Assembly: GCA_004293935.1 (NCBI GenBank) | Contig: RDZH01000015.1 | Coordinates: 6,999 to 70,998, forward strand | Length of the DNA stretch: 64,000 nucleotides | Direction of reading: 5' to 3' | DNA from: Alphaproteobacteria bacterium | GTDB taxonomy: Bacteria; Pseudomonadota; Alphaproteobacteria; Rickettsiales; UBA998 | Shown here: in pieces, positions 54,601 through 64,000 of the stretch | Layout of the letters: the number at the start of each line of letters is the position of its first letter | How positions within the stretch are numbered: the stretch's first letter is position 1 | Notes under the pieces: model-generated | What the model was told of the DNA's origin: nothing | Databases searched by the model: none | What the model saw: only the letters and a program-made list of their open reading frames with translations | Made by a program: the position numbers and the translations under genes

Positions 54601-55326
54601 TTATTCTTCTTGCACTTCAGGGCGATCAGGAAAGAGTGGGTGATACACCTTATCACGCACCCGAATATCATATTTATTTGTGATACCACCCTCAACATAG
54701 AGCAAGGCTTTAACGGGGCGTTGCACCTCGATTGGTTCTGCTAGCTCGGAGGGGATGATATTTTTAGCAATAGAGCGTATTTCACCATAGCTACTGATCA
54801 TGATGATGTCGTAAGCGGATTGATTTTCCGAAGGATCAATGCGTGTGGTGGTGGGTGTATCAAATACATAGAGCAGACCAAATTCATCATGAACATCAGT
54901 GGCATCATAAATCCAATTCGCTGCATTGCTTTGGGCGTTTTGGATGGTGATGATAAAATCAAATGTGCGACGCACATCTTTCATGGGAATATCCGCTTTG
55001 GGCGCAGTGTCAGGGATAGCTTGATCCTCTTTTTGTGCTTGATCCCATAAGGCTTGCATGGCTGCACCTTTGCCAAGATCGGGGCGCGTGCTTTCTAATT
55101 GTGCGCGGCGTTGCGCATTGGATAGCGGATAGGTGGATGGAGTTGATTCTTCTGGTTTCTTTTTGGCATCGGCAGGTGTGGTAGGCGTAGGGGCGGGTGC
55201 TTGTGGCTCTTGACGCACAGTGATGATGGCGAGTTGTTCACGTGCAAAAATCACAGAATCTTGTGCATGGATCGCGCAGGGTGCGAGCATGAGGGATAAG
55301 CATGACCATAGATAAAAATGTTTCAT
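54601..55326 (-). CDS. Exported protein with degenerate DUF192-like domain
   Basis: Signal peptide, Pro-rich linker, GLLYVF..YDIIMI..G.I..I..PVKALLYV.GG..I..D.V. Confidence 0.65.
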   Translation of the reverse strand: MKHFYLWSCLSLMLAPCAIHAQDSVIFAREQLAIITVRQEPQAPAPTPTTPADAKKKPEESTPSTYPLSNAQRRAQLESTRPDLGKGAAMQALWDQAQKEDQAIPDTAPKADIPMKDVRRTFDFIITIQNAQSNAANWIYDATDVHDEFGLLYVFDTPTTTRIDPSENQSAYDIIMISSYGEIRSIAKNIIPSELAEPIEVQRPVKALLYVEGGITNKYDIRVRDKVYHPLFPDRPEVQEE

Positions 55327-55338
55327 TGTGAATCCTTC

Positions 55339-55773
55339 TTAAGGGTTATTCCATATAAGTTTCGTGCCAATATCCATCTGATAGGCAGAGGCTGTGCCAT
55401 GCGGTACTTCCAGCACATAGGCAACAGGCGCAGACGTACCGTGTGGCGTGAGATCATGCGGTTGTGCGTTTAATTCACGATGAATGATGTTTTTTGAGTC
55501 ATCAAGAAATACTATATCCAGTGCGATTAAAGTATTTTTCATCCACATAAAAATTGGCTGGGGCGGTTGATAAAAAAAGAGCATCCCCTCGTGTGGCAGA
55601 AGGCTTTGACGATGCATAAGCCCAATGCGATGTTCGGCATCGGTGCGTGCAGCTTCCGCCATGATGCAGGGTGCTTCGGGGGCGTGTGCCGTGCGTACAC
55701 ATAAGCGTGTCCGTGCCTCAACGCTTGAGGCGGAATAAATAATCAGAAAGATTAGGATGAATAAAATACGCAT
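55339..55773 (-). CDS. DUF192 family protein
   Basis: GLMHRQSL...GMLF, MWMKNT.I.LDIVF, YVLEVP.G. Confidence 0.92.
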   Translation of the reverse strand: MRILFILIFLIIYSASSVEARTRLCVRTAHAPEAPCIMAEAARTDAEHRIGLMHRQSLLPHEGMLFFYQPPQPIFMWMKNTLIALDIVFLDDSKNIIHRELNAQPHDLTPHGTSAPVAYVLEVPHGTASAYQMDIGTKLIWNNP

Positions 55774-55871
55774 GACTGCGTTGTATCGCACTAAGTATTT
55801 GCGTGTCAATCAACAATAGGGTATAATAGAAGAAGAAGGCGTATAATTTTATTTCTGGGAGTGAGCTTCTT

Positions 55872-56540
55872 ATGACACGAATGTTTACAGGTGGTCGAGG
55901 TAACGGAGAGACAAATAGTATTTTTTCCAAATATGGTCAGAGAAGTGCGAAAGACGTATTTATGAAAAAAATGCGTGGTATCGATGATTCGCAATTAACG
56001 GAAGAAGAGCGTTATCAAAAAATCGTTGATAAAAAAATGAGTGATTTGCGTCAAAAAGCCATGCAAGGGGGATCAAAATATAGCTTTACGCCTCCGGGAT
56101 GTGCTGCTCCTGCGGAAGGGGAGAAGAAAGTTTCCAAAGGTATGGAGGCATTTATTCAGCGCGTTGCTGCGAAACAAGCAAAAGAAGAGCTGAAAAAAGA
56201 AATTGAACGATCAAGCATCAAAATCAATGCCAAATATCTTACAGGGCAATTTGGTGGTGCGATCGGCAAGGATGGCAAAATATTTGGTCCAGATAGAAAA
56301 TTAGTGGCGAAAATCAATAAGAAATCAGGAAGAATTATGAGTGAAACAGGGGTGTATATTGGCAAATATGATCCCAATTCACCCATGTCAGAATATAAAA
56401 TTCAACAATATATTGCGAATGTCTATACCGCCGCGAAGAGGAAAGCTGAGAGTAGTGCGGGAGCGAGCGTGTGGGGTTCAGGTATGGGGAGCTTTTATGG
56501 TGGTAATAATGACGACAAAGGCGGGGGTTTTTGGGGATAG
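55872..56540 (+). CDS. Hypothetical basic protein with Gly-rich beta-hairpin repeats
   Basis: 222 aa; GAIGKDGKIFG..KLVAKI.KKSGRI..TGVYIGKY; Gly/Trp-rich tail. Confidence 0.7.
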   Translation: MTRMFTGGRGNGETNSIFSKYGQRSAKDVFMKKMRGIDDSQLTEEERYQKIVDKKMSDLRQKAMQGGSKYSFTPPGCAAPAEGEKKVSKGMEAFIQRVAAKQAKEELKKEIERSSIKINAKYLTGQFGGAIGKDGKIFGPDRKLVAKINKKSGRIMSETGVYIGKYDPNSPMSEYKIQQYIANVYTAAKRKAESSAGASVWGSGMGSFYGGNNDDKGGGFWG

Positions 56541-56657
56541 ATTATAAAAAACCCTCAAAAAATGCATTTTTTCTTGTCATGAGCTGTGGGCGTTTTCTAT
56601 ACCATAGAACGGATTGGGAAATATGGTATTTTCCATCCATTTCCTATGGCAGGTGGT

Positions 56658-57872
56658 ATGGTACTCGTTCTTCCTTTACTTAATCGCTTATGTGCCGATT
56701 ATCCTTTAGAGATACAACAATGGTTTCAGCAAAATTATCATGCACGCCCGGCACCACTGTATAGTTCCGTAGATTTGCGCCATTCTGGTTTCAAGATTGC
56801 CCCAGTTGATACGAATCTTTTTCCCGCAGGGTTTAATAATATCAGTGATGCAGCCTTTCATCGTGGTATTGAAGCCATGGGCGGGTTGATGCGGCGTGAT
56901 TATCCCGATGCCAAGCGTGTGATGTTTGTGATGGAACAACATACGCGTAATCTTCCTTATTTCGATAATGTCGCACGCCTATGTGCCATGATTGAAGGAG
57001 CAGGTTATGAGGTGATGGTCGTGCGTTTGGATCTGCCCTCAGATGCGCAAACGCAAATAGTGCGCGCAAATGGCGATGTGATCGATGTACAGGGTGTGTT
57101 GTTGAATGATGTGGGGCATATAGTAAGTGCAGCAGGCTTTATACCCGATATAGTGATTTTGAATAATGATTTGAGTACAGGCTGCCCGCAACTATTGATT
57201 GATGCGCAGCAACCTATCATTCCATCATTAGAAATGGGATGGTACAGACGGCGTAAAAGCATCCATTTTGCTGCCTATCATCAGGTGGTGCAAGAATTTG
57301 CGCGTCATTTTGAACTTGATCCATGGATTATGTCCACCGCAACGCATCAATGTGGGCAGATCAATTTCAAAGAACGGCAGGGTCTGGAGTGCGTGGCGTT
57401 GGGTGTTGAGAAAGTCCTGCATCAGATCGCGCAAAAATATGCGGAATATGGCATCATTCAAGAGCCGTATGTATACATTAAAGCGGATAATGGCACCTAT
57501 GGCATGGGCATTATGACGGTGAAAGACAGCCAAGAAGTGTTTGATATTAATAAGAAAAATCGTAATAAAATGAATGTCATCAAAGAAGGCGTGCAAACAA
57601 CAGAAGTGCTGATTCAAGAAGGTATTCCAACCATTGATCGCCATCATGGTCATAGTGCAGAGCCGATGGTGTATCTGATGGATGGTGTGCCGCTTGGCTA
57701 TATATGGCGCAGTAATGCTGTGCGCGATGATCGCCAAAGTTTGAACAGTATGGGTATGCAGTTTGATGCATGTTCAGAAGAACAGATGCGGGCATATCCC
57801 GCCTATGGCGTTTTGGCACAGCTTGCGACGCTTGCAACCTGTTTTGAATATAGCGAAGATATAATTTCATAG
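56658..57872 (+). CDS. gshA: Glutamate--cysteine ligase (PF08886-type GshA)
   Basis: PLYSSVDLR.SGFKIAPVDTNLFPAGFNN, LNNDLS, KADNGTYGMGIMTV, IQEGIPT, AEP.VY. Confidence 0.92.
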   Translation: MVLVLPLLNRLCADYPLEIQQWFQQNYHARPAPLYSSVDLRHSGFKIAPVDTNLFPAGFNNISDAAFHRGIEAMGGLMRRDYPDAKRVMFVMEQHTRNLPYFDNVARLCAMIEGAGYEVMVVRLDLPSDAQTQIVRANGDVIDVQGVLLNDVGHIVSAAGFIPDIVILNNDLSTGCPQLLIDAQQPIIPSLEMGWYRRRKSIHFAAYHQVVQEFARHFELDPWIMSTATHQCGQINFKERQGLECVALGVEKVLHQIAQKYAEYGIIQEPYVYIKADNGTYGMGIMTVKDSQEVFDINKKNRNKMNVIKEGVQTTEVLIQEGIPTIDRHHGHSAEPMVYLMDGVPLGYIWRSNAVRDDRQSLNSMGMQFDACSEEQMRAYPAYGVLAQLATLATCFEYSEDIIS

Positions 57873-58124
57873 AAGCGTAGTGATGTATTTGTATCACTAT
57901 TAATGAGAATAATGTGATATAAATATCTTCATAAAAAATTAAGTCACTGATATTTATCGAATCTTAAAAAACGCCATGATGTTTCTAGGATACATTATGC
58001 GTGATTTTCATTGCATAGCAGCATAGAATGCGTTTTACTCATGCCTGTGGTGTGGCACTGATGAAGTGAAGTGCGCACGCTAGGTATCTCGTTATAAAAT
58101 CCATTAAAACCCAAGGAGTGTGTT

Positions 58125-60503
58125 ATGAGCATTGAAGATGATAATGAACAACCGGAATCACAAATCCCAACTGAAATGAATGTGCTGCTTGTCTATAAGC
58201 AACCGCGCACGCAAGGCTCGCAGGATGTGACCTATGATGTCAGTATTGCGACGGTGGATTTGCAGGGGGAAATTCTTTCTACGCGCTCCCTAGGTTCTGT
58301 GGATATTGAAAAATCAGAGAATTTCTCACTCAATATCGCCAGCGCAGTGCGTAACATGCGTAGCGATATAAATCGTGATTATAAAGATATGGAGCAAGTG
58401 GCAACCCATGTGTTATCGCAGATTCCAGAAGATGAATTTTATTCTTTGGTTTCATCGCATCAGGGCATGGAATATCTTATTTCACAACGGCGTTCATTGT
58501 TGCAACATCGTGATCACCCCCTTGGTGATAATGTTATTTCGCAAGCAGCGCAGTGGAAAGAGCGTCACAAGCAGACGGCGTTTGATGCCAGTGATAGCGA
58601 TGCCTCATTGGTAAACCCTGCAACCTTTCAAGATAATCCCTTCTATGATCCAAGAGAAAATCTATTTGCACAAGCGCAGATGATGTTGGAGGATTATGTA
58701 AAAGACCCATCACTGAAAGAAAAAATAAAAAATATCGATTATTTTCAAGATAATATGCGCCTTGTGATTCATGAGGCAGTGAATCAATCCTTGGTGCGGA
58801 GTCTGCATAAATCGCTGAATATTGTGATGCCCGAGGGTGAAGCATTAGAGAAATTGATGGCGGATTTAGACCTTCCGCAAGTGGAAACAGTGGCTGAATT
58901 AGTGGAGATTGTTTATCAAACGGAATTGCGTAATGCGGTGCCGACATGGACTTCCTGCTATGATATGGCAGCAAAAGATGTGTTGCAGCATCTTATGCCA
59001 AAAATCCTTGATCATGTGACGGATGAAAAGCAAGAAATCACCACCATGCAGCAGGTGGAATCCTTATGTGCTGCGATGATGCCATCCAAGATTGCTAATC
59101 AGCGCGGTGAGCATCCTCAGGTGAGTTTTTCCGCCGCCATGAATGATGCAGCGCGAGAAGTAGGCTTCTCAGAGCGTTCGCGCACACAAACCTATGAGCA
59201 TACCAGCCGTAAAATGCTGCAAGATGCCTTTATGCTTGGTACTATTGCGGCGCGATGCGAGCAAGCACAACGTGTTCTACCTTCCTATAAATTTGAAGAA
59301 GATGGGTTGCTGGTATTGTTCCCTGCCTTTAAGGAGGAGGCACAAGAACGGCAAGCCGTGAATCTAAGTGGGTACGATGCCGATGTGATTATGGAGACTT
59401 TGCCTAATGTGATGCATTGGTTGATGGCACGTATTGAAAAATCCATAGGAATTAATTTGGGCGCGCCTGCTATTGTTGAGGATGTACAGCGTTTGGTACA
59501 TATTTATGATCGTGCCGTAGAGATTAAGTTGCAGTTGCATGATCCAGATATACCGCAAGAAGAATTAGACACACTGAAGTCCTTCAAAGGGCATTTAGAG
59601 CAGATGTGTGAACGTGTCGATGCACTAAAAAGCTCGGATGAACTGTTTGGTTCGATAGAATGGGATGAGCGTTTATTGGGGCATATACTCACGGGCGCAC
59701 CGCAATATATTACCCTAACGCGCTTTATTCCTGCGGAAATTGAAGTGCGCTTGAAGCCTATGACTCCAGATGAGCTTGAACAAAAAGCCGCCGATCTTAC
59801 CCTCATCAGTGAAGCTATTGATGAAATCTACCAACAAGCTCCCGATGTGTATAAGGATGCATTAATCACAGCGCAAATGGCTTTATATCAGGAAAGTTTG
59901 TTTTATCCTATTGGGATCGAACAAATAAATACCGAAACCCAGAAATTATCATTTACCAAAGATTTCTTCCTTCTGCCTTCTACAGAACAAGGGCATGTGA
60001 CAGATATGTTACTCGCATATATGTATGATATGCCTCAGGAGCAGGTTGCTTGTATCCTTGCTTATAATTTATTAGAAGTGATGGAGGTCTATAAAGCGTT
60101 TGAGACTCAAGGTGCTGAAATTGTATTAACGGATGAGATGCGCTCTATGAGTGGTGAAACATTGAGTGATCGTATTGGAACGATTCGCTGGTATGCGGAA
60201 AATCTTGAAAAGGTGCGTGCGGCTAATCTTGAAGAAGAGTATGATGATTATGAGGGATTAGGCACGCCAGATACCAAAGTAACGGATACCACCATCGATC
60301 GTGGGGCAGGCATTGCTGCTGAAGATTTATTGCAGGAAGCCTATAATATTGCCGTCAATCGTGAAGTGATGGTGATTGAGAACCTCAAGGGAACGGAAGC
60401 TACGATCGGCAAATTTTTCCGTGAGCGGTTTTTTAATGATGTGTATGACCGTATGGGGATTGATACGCCTACGCCATTTCATGAGCAACAACGCGCAAGT
60501 TAA
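58125..60503 (+). CDS. Large acidic helical orphan protein
   Basis: 792-aa ORF with AAGGAG RBS; no recognisable domain. Confidence 0.8.
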   Translation: MSIEDDNEQPESQIPTEMNVLLVYKQPRTQGSQDVTYDVSIATVDLQGEILSTRSLGSVDIEKSENFSLNIASAVRNMRSDINRDYKDMEQVATHVLSQIPEDEFYSLVSSHQGMEYLISQRRSLLQHRDHPLGDNVISQAAQWKERHKQTAFDASDSDASLVNPATFQDNPFYDPRENLFAQAQMMLEDYVKDPSLKEKIKNIDYFQDNMRLVIHEAVNQSLVRSLHKSLNIVMPEGEALEKLMADLDLPQVETVAELVEIVYQTELRNAVPTWTSCYDMAAKDVLQHLMPKILDHVTDEKQEITTMQQVESLCAAMMPSKIANQRGEHPQVSFSAAMNDAAREVGFSERSRTQTYEHTSRKMLQDAFMLGTIAARCEQAQRVLPSYKFEEDGLLVLFPAFKEEAQERQAVNLSGYDADVIMETLPNVMHWLMARIEKSIGINLGAPAIVEDVQRLVHIYDRAVEIKLQLHDPDIPQEELDTLKSFKGHLEQMCERVDALKSSDELFGSIEWDERLLGHILTGAPQYITLTRFIPAEIEVRLKPMTPDELEQKAADLTLISEAIDEIYQQAPDVYKDALITAQMALYQESLFYPIGIEQINTETQKLSFTKDFFLLPSTEQGHVTDMLLAYMYDMPQEQVACILAYNLLEVMEVYKAFETQGAEIVLTDEMRSMSGETLSDRIGTIRWYAENLEKVRAANLEEEYDDYEGLGTPDTKVTDTTIDRGAGIAAEDLLQEAYNIAVNREVMVIENLKGTEATIGKFFRERFFNDVYDRMGIDTPTPFHEQQRAS

Positions 60504-60604
60504 TATGGCACTATAGTCGTCTGGCTAAAAAACGCCTCATTTTTTATGTCAAAGAATGACTATAACACTATGATTTATAGTGCTTTTACCATGATATAAA
60601 ATAA

Positions 60605-60679
60605 TTCGTCATGCCTGCGAAGGCAGGCATCCAGAGCAACCTTTTGACTGGACTCCTGCTCTTAAGCAGGAGTGACGAA
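60605..60679. repeat. RPE/REP-like palindromic element, copy 7
   Basis: TTCGTCATGCCTGCGAAGGCAGGCATCCAG..CTGGACTCCTGCTCTTAAGCAGGAGTGACGAA. Confidence 0.9.
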
Positions 60680-60909
60680 GAAAGGATCGCGAATAAATGC
60701 GGGCAACCTATGTTTTTTCTTGCATTTGGGCGCGTTTTTTGCAATGCTCTTGAAATATATTATGATATATCAGTATATTGCGCCGCAAAAACTCGCCTCC
60801 ATCGTCTTTTGTTAAATAAATACAATGTGATGATAGTTTTATTTTTGAGTCTGCGACGCATAGATATGATGCATTTTAGTGATAAGAGACAGGAACGATA
60901 GGAAAACGC

Positions 60910-63210
60910 ATGACAAATGATCTTGAACCGATTACCGATGAAGAAGCACTGGAATTTCACCGCCGTGGTCAACCAGGAAAATTAGCTGTCCATGCGACGA
61001 AGCCATTGCTGACACAGCGTGATTTATCGCTTTCTTATTCCCCCGGTGTTGCTGTTCCGTGTAAACATATCGCCCTTGATCCTGATTTGTCGTTTGAATA
61101 TACCGCACGTGGGAATTTTGTTGCGGTTATTTCTAACGGTACGGCCGTACTTGGGCTTGGAAATCTTGGGGCATTGGCATCAAAGCCTGTGATGGAAGGA
61201 AAATCCGTACTATTCAAACGATTCGCTGATATTGATTCAATCGATTTGGAAGTTGATACGGAAGATGCACAGGAATTTATTAATGTGGTAAAATATCTTG
61301 GTCCAAGCTGGGGTGGGATTAATTTGGAAGATATTGCCGCGCCTGATTGCTTTATTATTGAGCAAAAATTGCGTGAATTGATGGATATTCCCGTGTTCCA
61401 TGATGATCAGCACGGCACAGCGATTATCACCTTGGCGGGTCTGATGAACGCGGCGCAAATTACGGGGCGGCGTTTTGAGGAAATGAAAGTCGTTGTCAAT
61501 GGTGCAGGAGCGGCAGGGATTGCCTGCTTAGAACTGATCAAACGCTCGGGCGTACCGCATGAGAATGTGATTTTGTGTGATCGTATGGGTGTTGTTTATG
61601 AGGGGCGTTTAGATGGCGATATGAATCAGTGGAAATCGGCGCACGCCATTCCCACCGATAAACGTACTCTGAAAGAAGCATTAGAAGGTGCGGATGTGTT
61701 TATTGGTCTGTCCGTAGCTGGAGCGGTAAGTAAGGATATGATTGCAGGTATGGCACCGCAACCGATTGTTTTTGCTATGGCAAATCCTGTGCCTGAAATC
61801 ATGCCAGATGAGGTCAAAGAAGTGCGTCCTGATGCGATTGTGGCAACGGGGCGTTCGGATTTTCCGAATCAAGTGAATAATGTGATGGGCTTCCCTTATA
61901 TCTTCCGTGGTGCGTTGGATGTGCGGGCGCGTGAAGTCAATGAGGAGATGAAAATTGCTGCAGCGCAAGCATTGGCGCAATTAGCGCGTGAAGAAGTACC
62001 AGAAGAAGTACGATCTGCCTATGCACGGCGCACCATGGCGTTCGGTTCGGACTATATTATTCCCACACCGTTTGATCCACGCTTGATTTATACTGTACCT
62101 GTTGCCGTTGCCAAAGCTGCCATTGAAACAGGTGTGGCGCGTAAAATTGTCACTGATTTCACCGCTTATCAACAATCATTGAAGGCGCGTCTTGATCCGA
62201 CTGCGAATACGATGAACCGTATTTATGAGCGTGTACGTTCATGTCCGCAGCGCATGGTCTTTGCTGAAGGTGAGGAGGAGCGTAGCATTCGTGCCGCAGT
62301 GAATTGGCGCGATTCTGGCTATGGCGCACCTATTCTTGTGGGGCGTGAAGATTTGGTGGTGCGTGTGATGACGCGTATGGGCATCACGAACCGTGAAGGT
62401 ATTGATATTGTCAATGCTGCCAACAGCCCTCATGTAGAGCAATATATTGAAACATTATATAAAAAGCTACAGCGTGATGGCTTTTTGCATCGTGATATTG
62501 TGCGTATGGTCAAAAATGATCGCAACACGTTTGCAGCAAGTATCGTGGAGCATGGTCATGCCGATGCGATGGTCACAGGCTTAACACGCAGTTACAACCG
62601 AGCGTTGGAGAATGTGTGTCGCGTGGTTGGTCAACGTCAAGGCGAGGATGATTTATTGATGGCGGTGTCGGTATGCGTTGCCAAAGGGCGCACGACTTTT
62701 ATTGCCGATACGATGGTGCAAGAATTGCCCACGGCGAAGGAGCTTACGCAAATTGCGATTCATACGGCGCGTGTTGCACGTCGCTTTGGTCATGAACCGC
62801 GTGTGGCATTTTTATCATTCTCGAATTTCGGCAATCCGATGCGTGAAAAGTCACAGCGTATTCGTGGGGCGGTTGAGTTGATGAATCAGCGCACCGATGT
62901 TGATTTTGAATATGAAGGTGAAATGTCTGCCGATGTTGCGCTCAATAAGGATCTGTTGGCACTCTATCCGTTTAACCGCTTGACAGCTCCTGCCAATGTG
63001 TTGGTGATGCCTGCATTGCATTCCGCTAATATTGCCTCTGCAATGATGCATGAGCTTGGCAATGGCTCGATGCTCGGGCCAGTGGTGGTGGGGCTGAACA
63101 AGCCCATTCAAATTGCGCAGATGAATGCATCCGTATCGGACGTGATGAACCTTGCTGCTGTTGCAGCGATGGAGGCTATTGCGGAAGATGAACGTGTACT
63201 GGAACAGTAA
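60910..63210 (+). CDS. maeB: NADP-dependent malic enzyme with PTA-like domain
   Basis: YSPGVA, NGTAVLGLG, KPVMEGK, FHDDQHGTA, ATGRSDFPNQVNN, VFAEGEE. Confidence 0.97.
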   Translation: MTNDLEPITDEEALEFHRRGQPGKLAVHATKPLLTQRDLSLSYSPGVAVPCKHIALDPDLSFEYTARGNFVAVISNGTAVLGLGNLGALASKPVMEGKSVLFKRFADIDSIDLEVDTEDAQEFINVVKYLGPSWGGINLEDIAAPDCFIIEQKLRELMDIPVFHDDQHGTAIITLAGLMNAAQITGRRFEEMKVVVNGAGAAGIACLELIKRSGVPHENVILCDRMGVVYEGRLDGDMNQWKSAHAIPTDKRTLKEALEGADVFIGLSVAGAVSKDMIAGMAPQPIVFAMANPVPEIMPDEVKEVRPDAIVATGRSDFPNQVNNVMGFPYIFRGALDVRAREVNEEMKIAAAQALAQLAREEVPEEVRSAYARRTMAFGSDYIIPTPFDPRLIYTVPVAVAKAAIETGVARKIVTDFTAYQQSLKARLDPTANTMNRIYERVRSCPQRMVFAEGEEERSIRAAVNWRDSGYGAPILVGREDLVVRVMTRMGITNREGIDIVNAANSPHVEQYIETLYKKLQRDGFLHRDIVRMVKNDRNTFAASIVEHGHADAMVTGLTRSYNRALENVCRVVGQRQGEDDLLMAVSVCVAKGRTTFIADTMVQELPTAKELTQIAIHTARVARRFGHEPRVAFLSFSNFGNPMREKSQRIRGAVELMNQRTDVDFEYEGEMSADVALNKDLLALYPFNRLTAPANVLVMPALHSANIASAMMHELGNGSMLGPVVVGLNKPIQIAQMNASVSDVMNLAAVAAMEAIAEDERVLEQ

Positions 63211-63259
63211 GATGATAGTTGTACTTGCATCGCAACAAAATTTAGGTTAGGTTTTTCAT

Positions 63260-63859
63260 ATGAACATAATGATGCGTTTTTTGTTGGTTTTATGCTTGTT
63301 CGGTACGTCAGCACAGGCAGAGATATTAGATGTGCAACCAGAGGATCGCGTGGTGGGTGATGAAAAAGCACCCGTCACTATCATAGAATATGCCTCGCTT
63401 TCATGTTCGCATTGCGCTGATTTTCATACGGACATATTTCCTAAGGTGGATGAGCAATATATCCAAGCAGGAAAGGTGCGGTTTATTATGCGCAGTTTTC
63501 CTACCAATCCCCCTGCATTGACGGGATCAAAGCTGCTGATGTGCGTGCCAAAGGAGCAATATTATACCTTTGCGAAAGTGTTGTTTTCCACTCAATCAAA
63601 ATGGGCGATGAGTCTTGATCATGAGGCGAATTTGAAAAAAATCGCGCTTGTGGGAGGTGTCAGTGAGGCGGATTTTGATAAATGCATGAAGGATAAAGCC
63701 TTGGAAGAGCGCGTCTTGAATGTGCGTCGTGATGCGGAATCATTGAACATTCAATCAACGCCGACATTTTATATTAATGGGCAATCAACCCGTGGCGTTG
63801 AATCTTTTGAGAAATTTTCAAAACAGATTGACGAAGCACTTGTGAAGTCTCCGAAGTAA
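63260..63859 (+). CDS. DsbA family thiol:disulfide oxidoreductase
   Basis: Signal peptide, G..KAPVTIIEYASLSCSHCA, STPTFYING. Confidence 0.92.
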   Translation: MNIMMRFLLVLCLFGTSAQAEILDVQPEDRVVGDEKAPVTIIEYASLSCSHCADFHTDIFPKVDEQYIQAGKVRFIMRSFPTNPPALTGSKLLMCVPKEQYYTFAKVLFSTQSKWAMSLDHEANLKKIALVGGVSEADFDKCMKDKALEERVLNVRRDAESLNIQSTPTFYINGQSTRGVESFEKFSKQIDEALVKSPK

Positions 63860-63864
63860 CGCGT

Positions 63865-64000
63865 GTGACACCCGAAGAAATAAAACGCATTGTGGAAGAA
63901 AAGCGCGCTATTCACAGCCCTAAATCAGCAAAGAGCAAGGGCAAAAGTGGGATGAGTGAGGCGTGGGATTATCTTGCTGATATGATCGCAGGTGTGCTGG
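63865..64000 (+). CDS. Probable AtpZ/AtpI family protein (3' truncated)
   Basis: GTG start, translates VTPEEIKRIVEEKRA..KSGMSEAWDYLADMIAGVL, resembling the AtpZ/AtpI N-terminus. Confidence 0.45.
   Translation, partial: MTPEEIKRIVEEKRAIHSPKSAKSKGKSGMSEAWDYLADMIAGVL

Noticed and set aside
58056-58075. CTGATGA-containing hairpin resembling a hammerhead or fluoride riboswitch core
   Set aside because: No stem II plus GAAA, and no fluoride riboswitch 5' motif; insufficient support.
60611-60972. Short ORFs 60611-60901(+) and 60760-60972(-)
   Set aside because: One starts inside the RPE and the other overlaps maeB antisense; both cross AT-rich promoter DNA and are likely spurious.

Overview
About 64 kb of core chromosome from an alphaproteobacterium, probably a non-reduced Rickettsiales-like or related lineage. 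This affinity is inferred from the PF08886-type gshA, ftsA not followed by ftsZ, Rickettsia-RPE-like palindromes, and retained ilvC/leuA/cysK/putA. Housekeeping blocks: glmS; coaBC-dut-Rrf2-DJ1-cysK-moeB; mreB-pheT; thrS; ftsW-murG-murC-murB-ddl-ftsQ-ftsA-pepA-phoR; putA; Ala/Gly symporter; yjgN-M48 peptidase; ilvC/leuA; ppx; rne/amiC-PBP1A-prfB (with the +1 programmed frameshift); gshA; maeB; dsbA; start of an atpI/atpZ-like gene. Main second-look items: (1) stand-alone orphan genes, including a divergent UbiB/ABC1 kinase-like protein, that share C-terminal tail motifs, with three orphan loci having 11-bp-periodic Pho-box-like upstream repeats (candidate co-regulated secreted effector set, inference only); (2) seven modular palindromic RPE/MITE-like elements, one nested in 19-bp terminal inverted repeats; (3) an isolated holin-like plus peptidase M15 mini lysis cassette; (4) a lipoprotein gene between ilvC and leuA bracketed by inverted telomere-like heptamer repeats. 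No rRNA, tRNA, CRISPR array or transposase was seen. All calls come from motif recognition by eye, without database searches.
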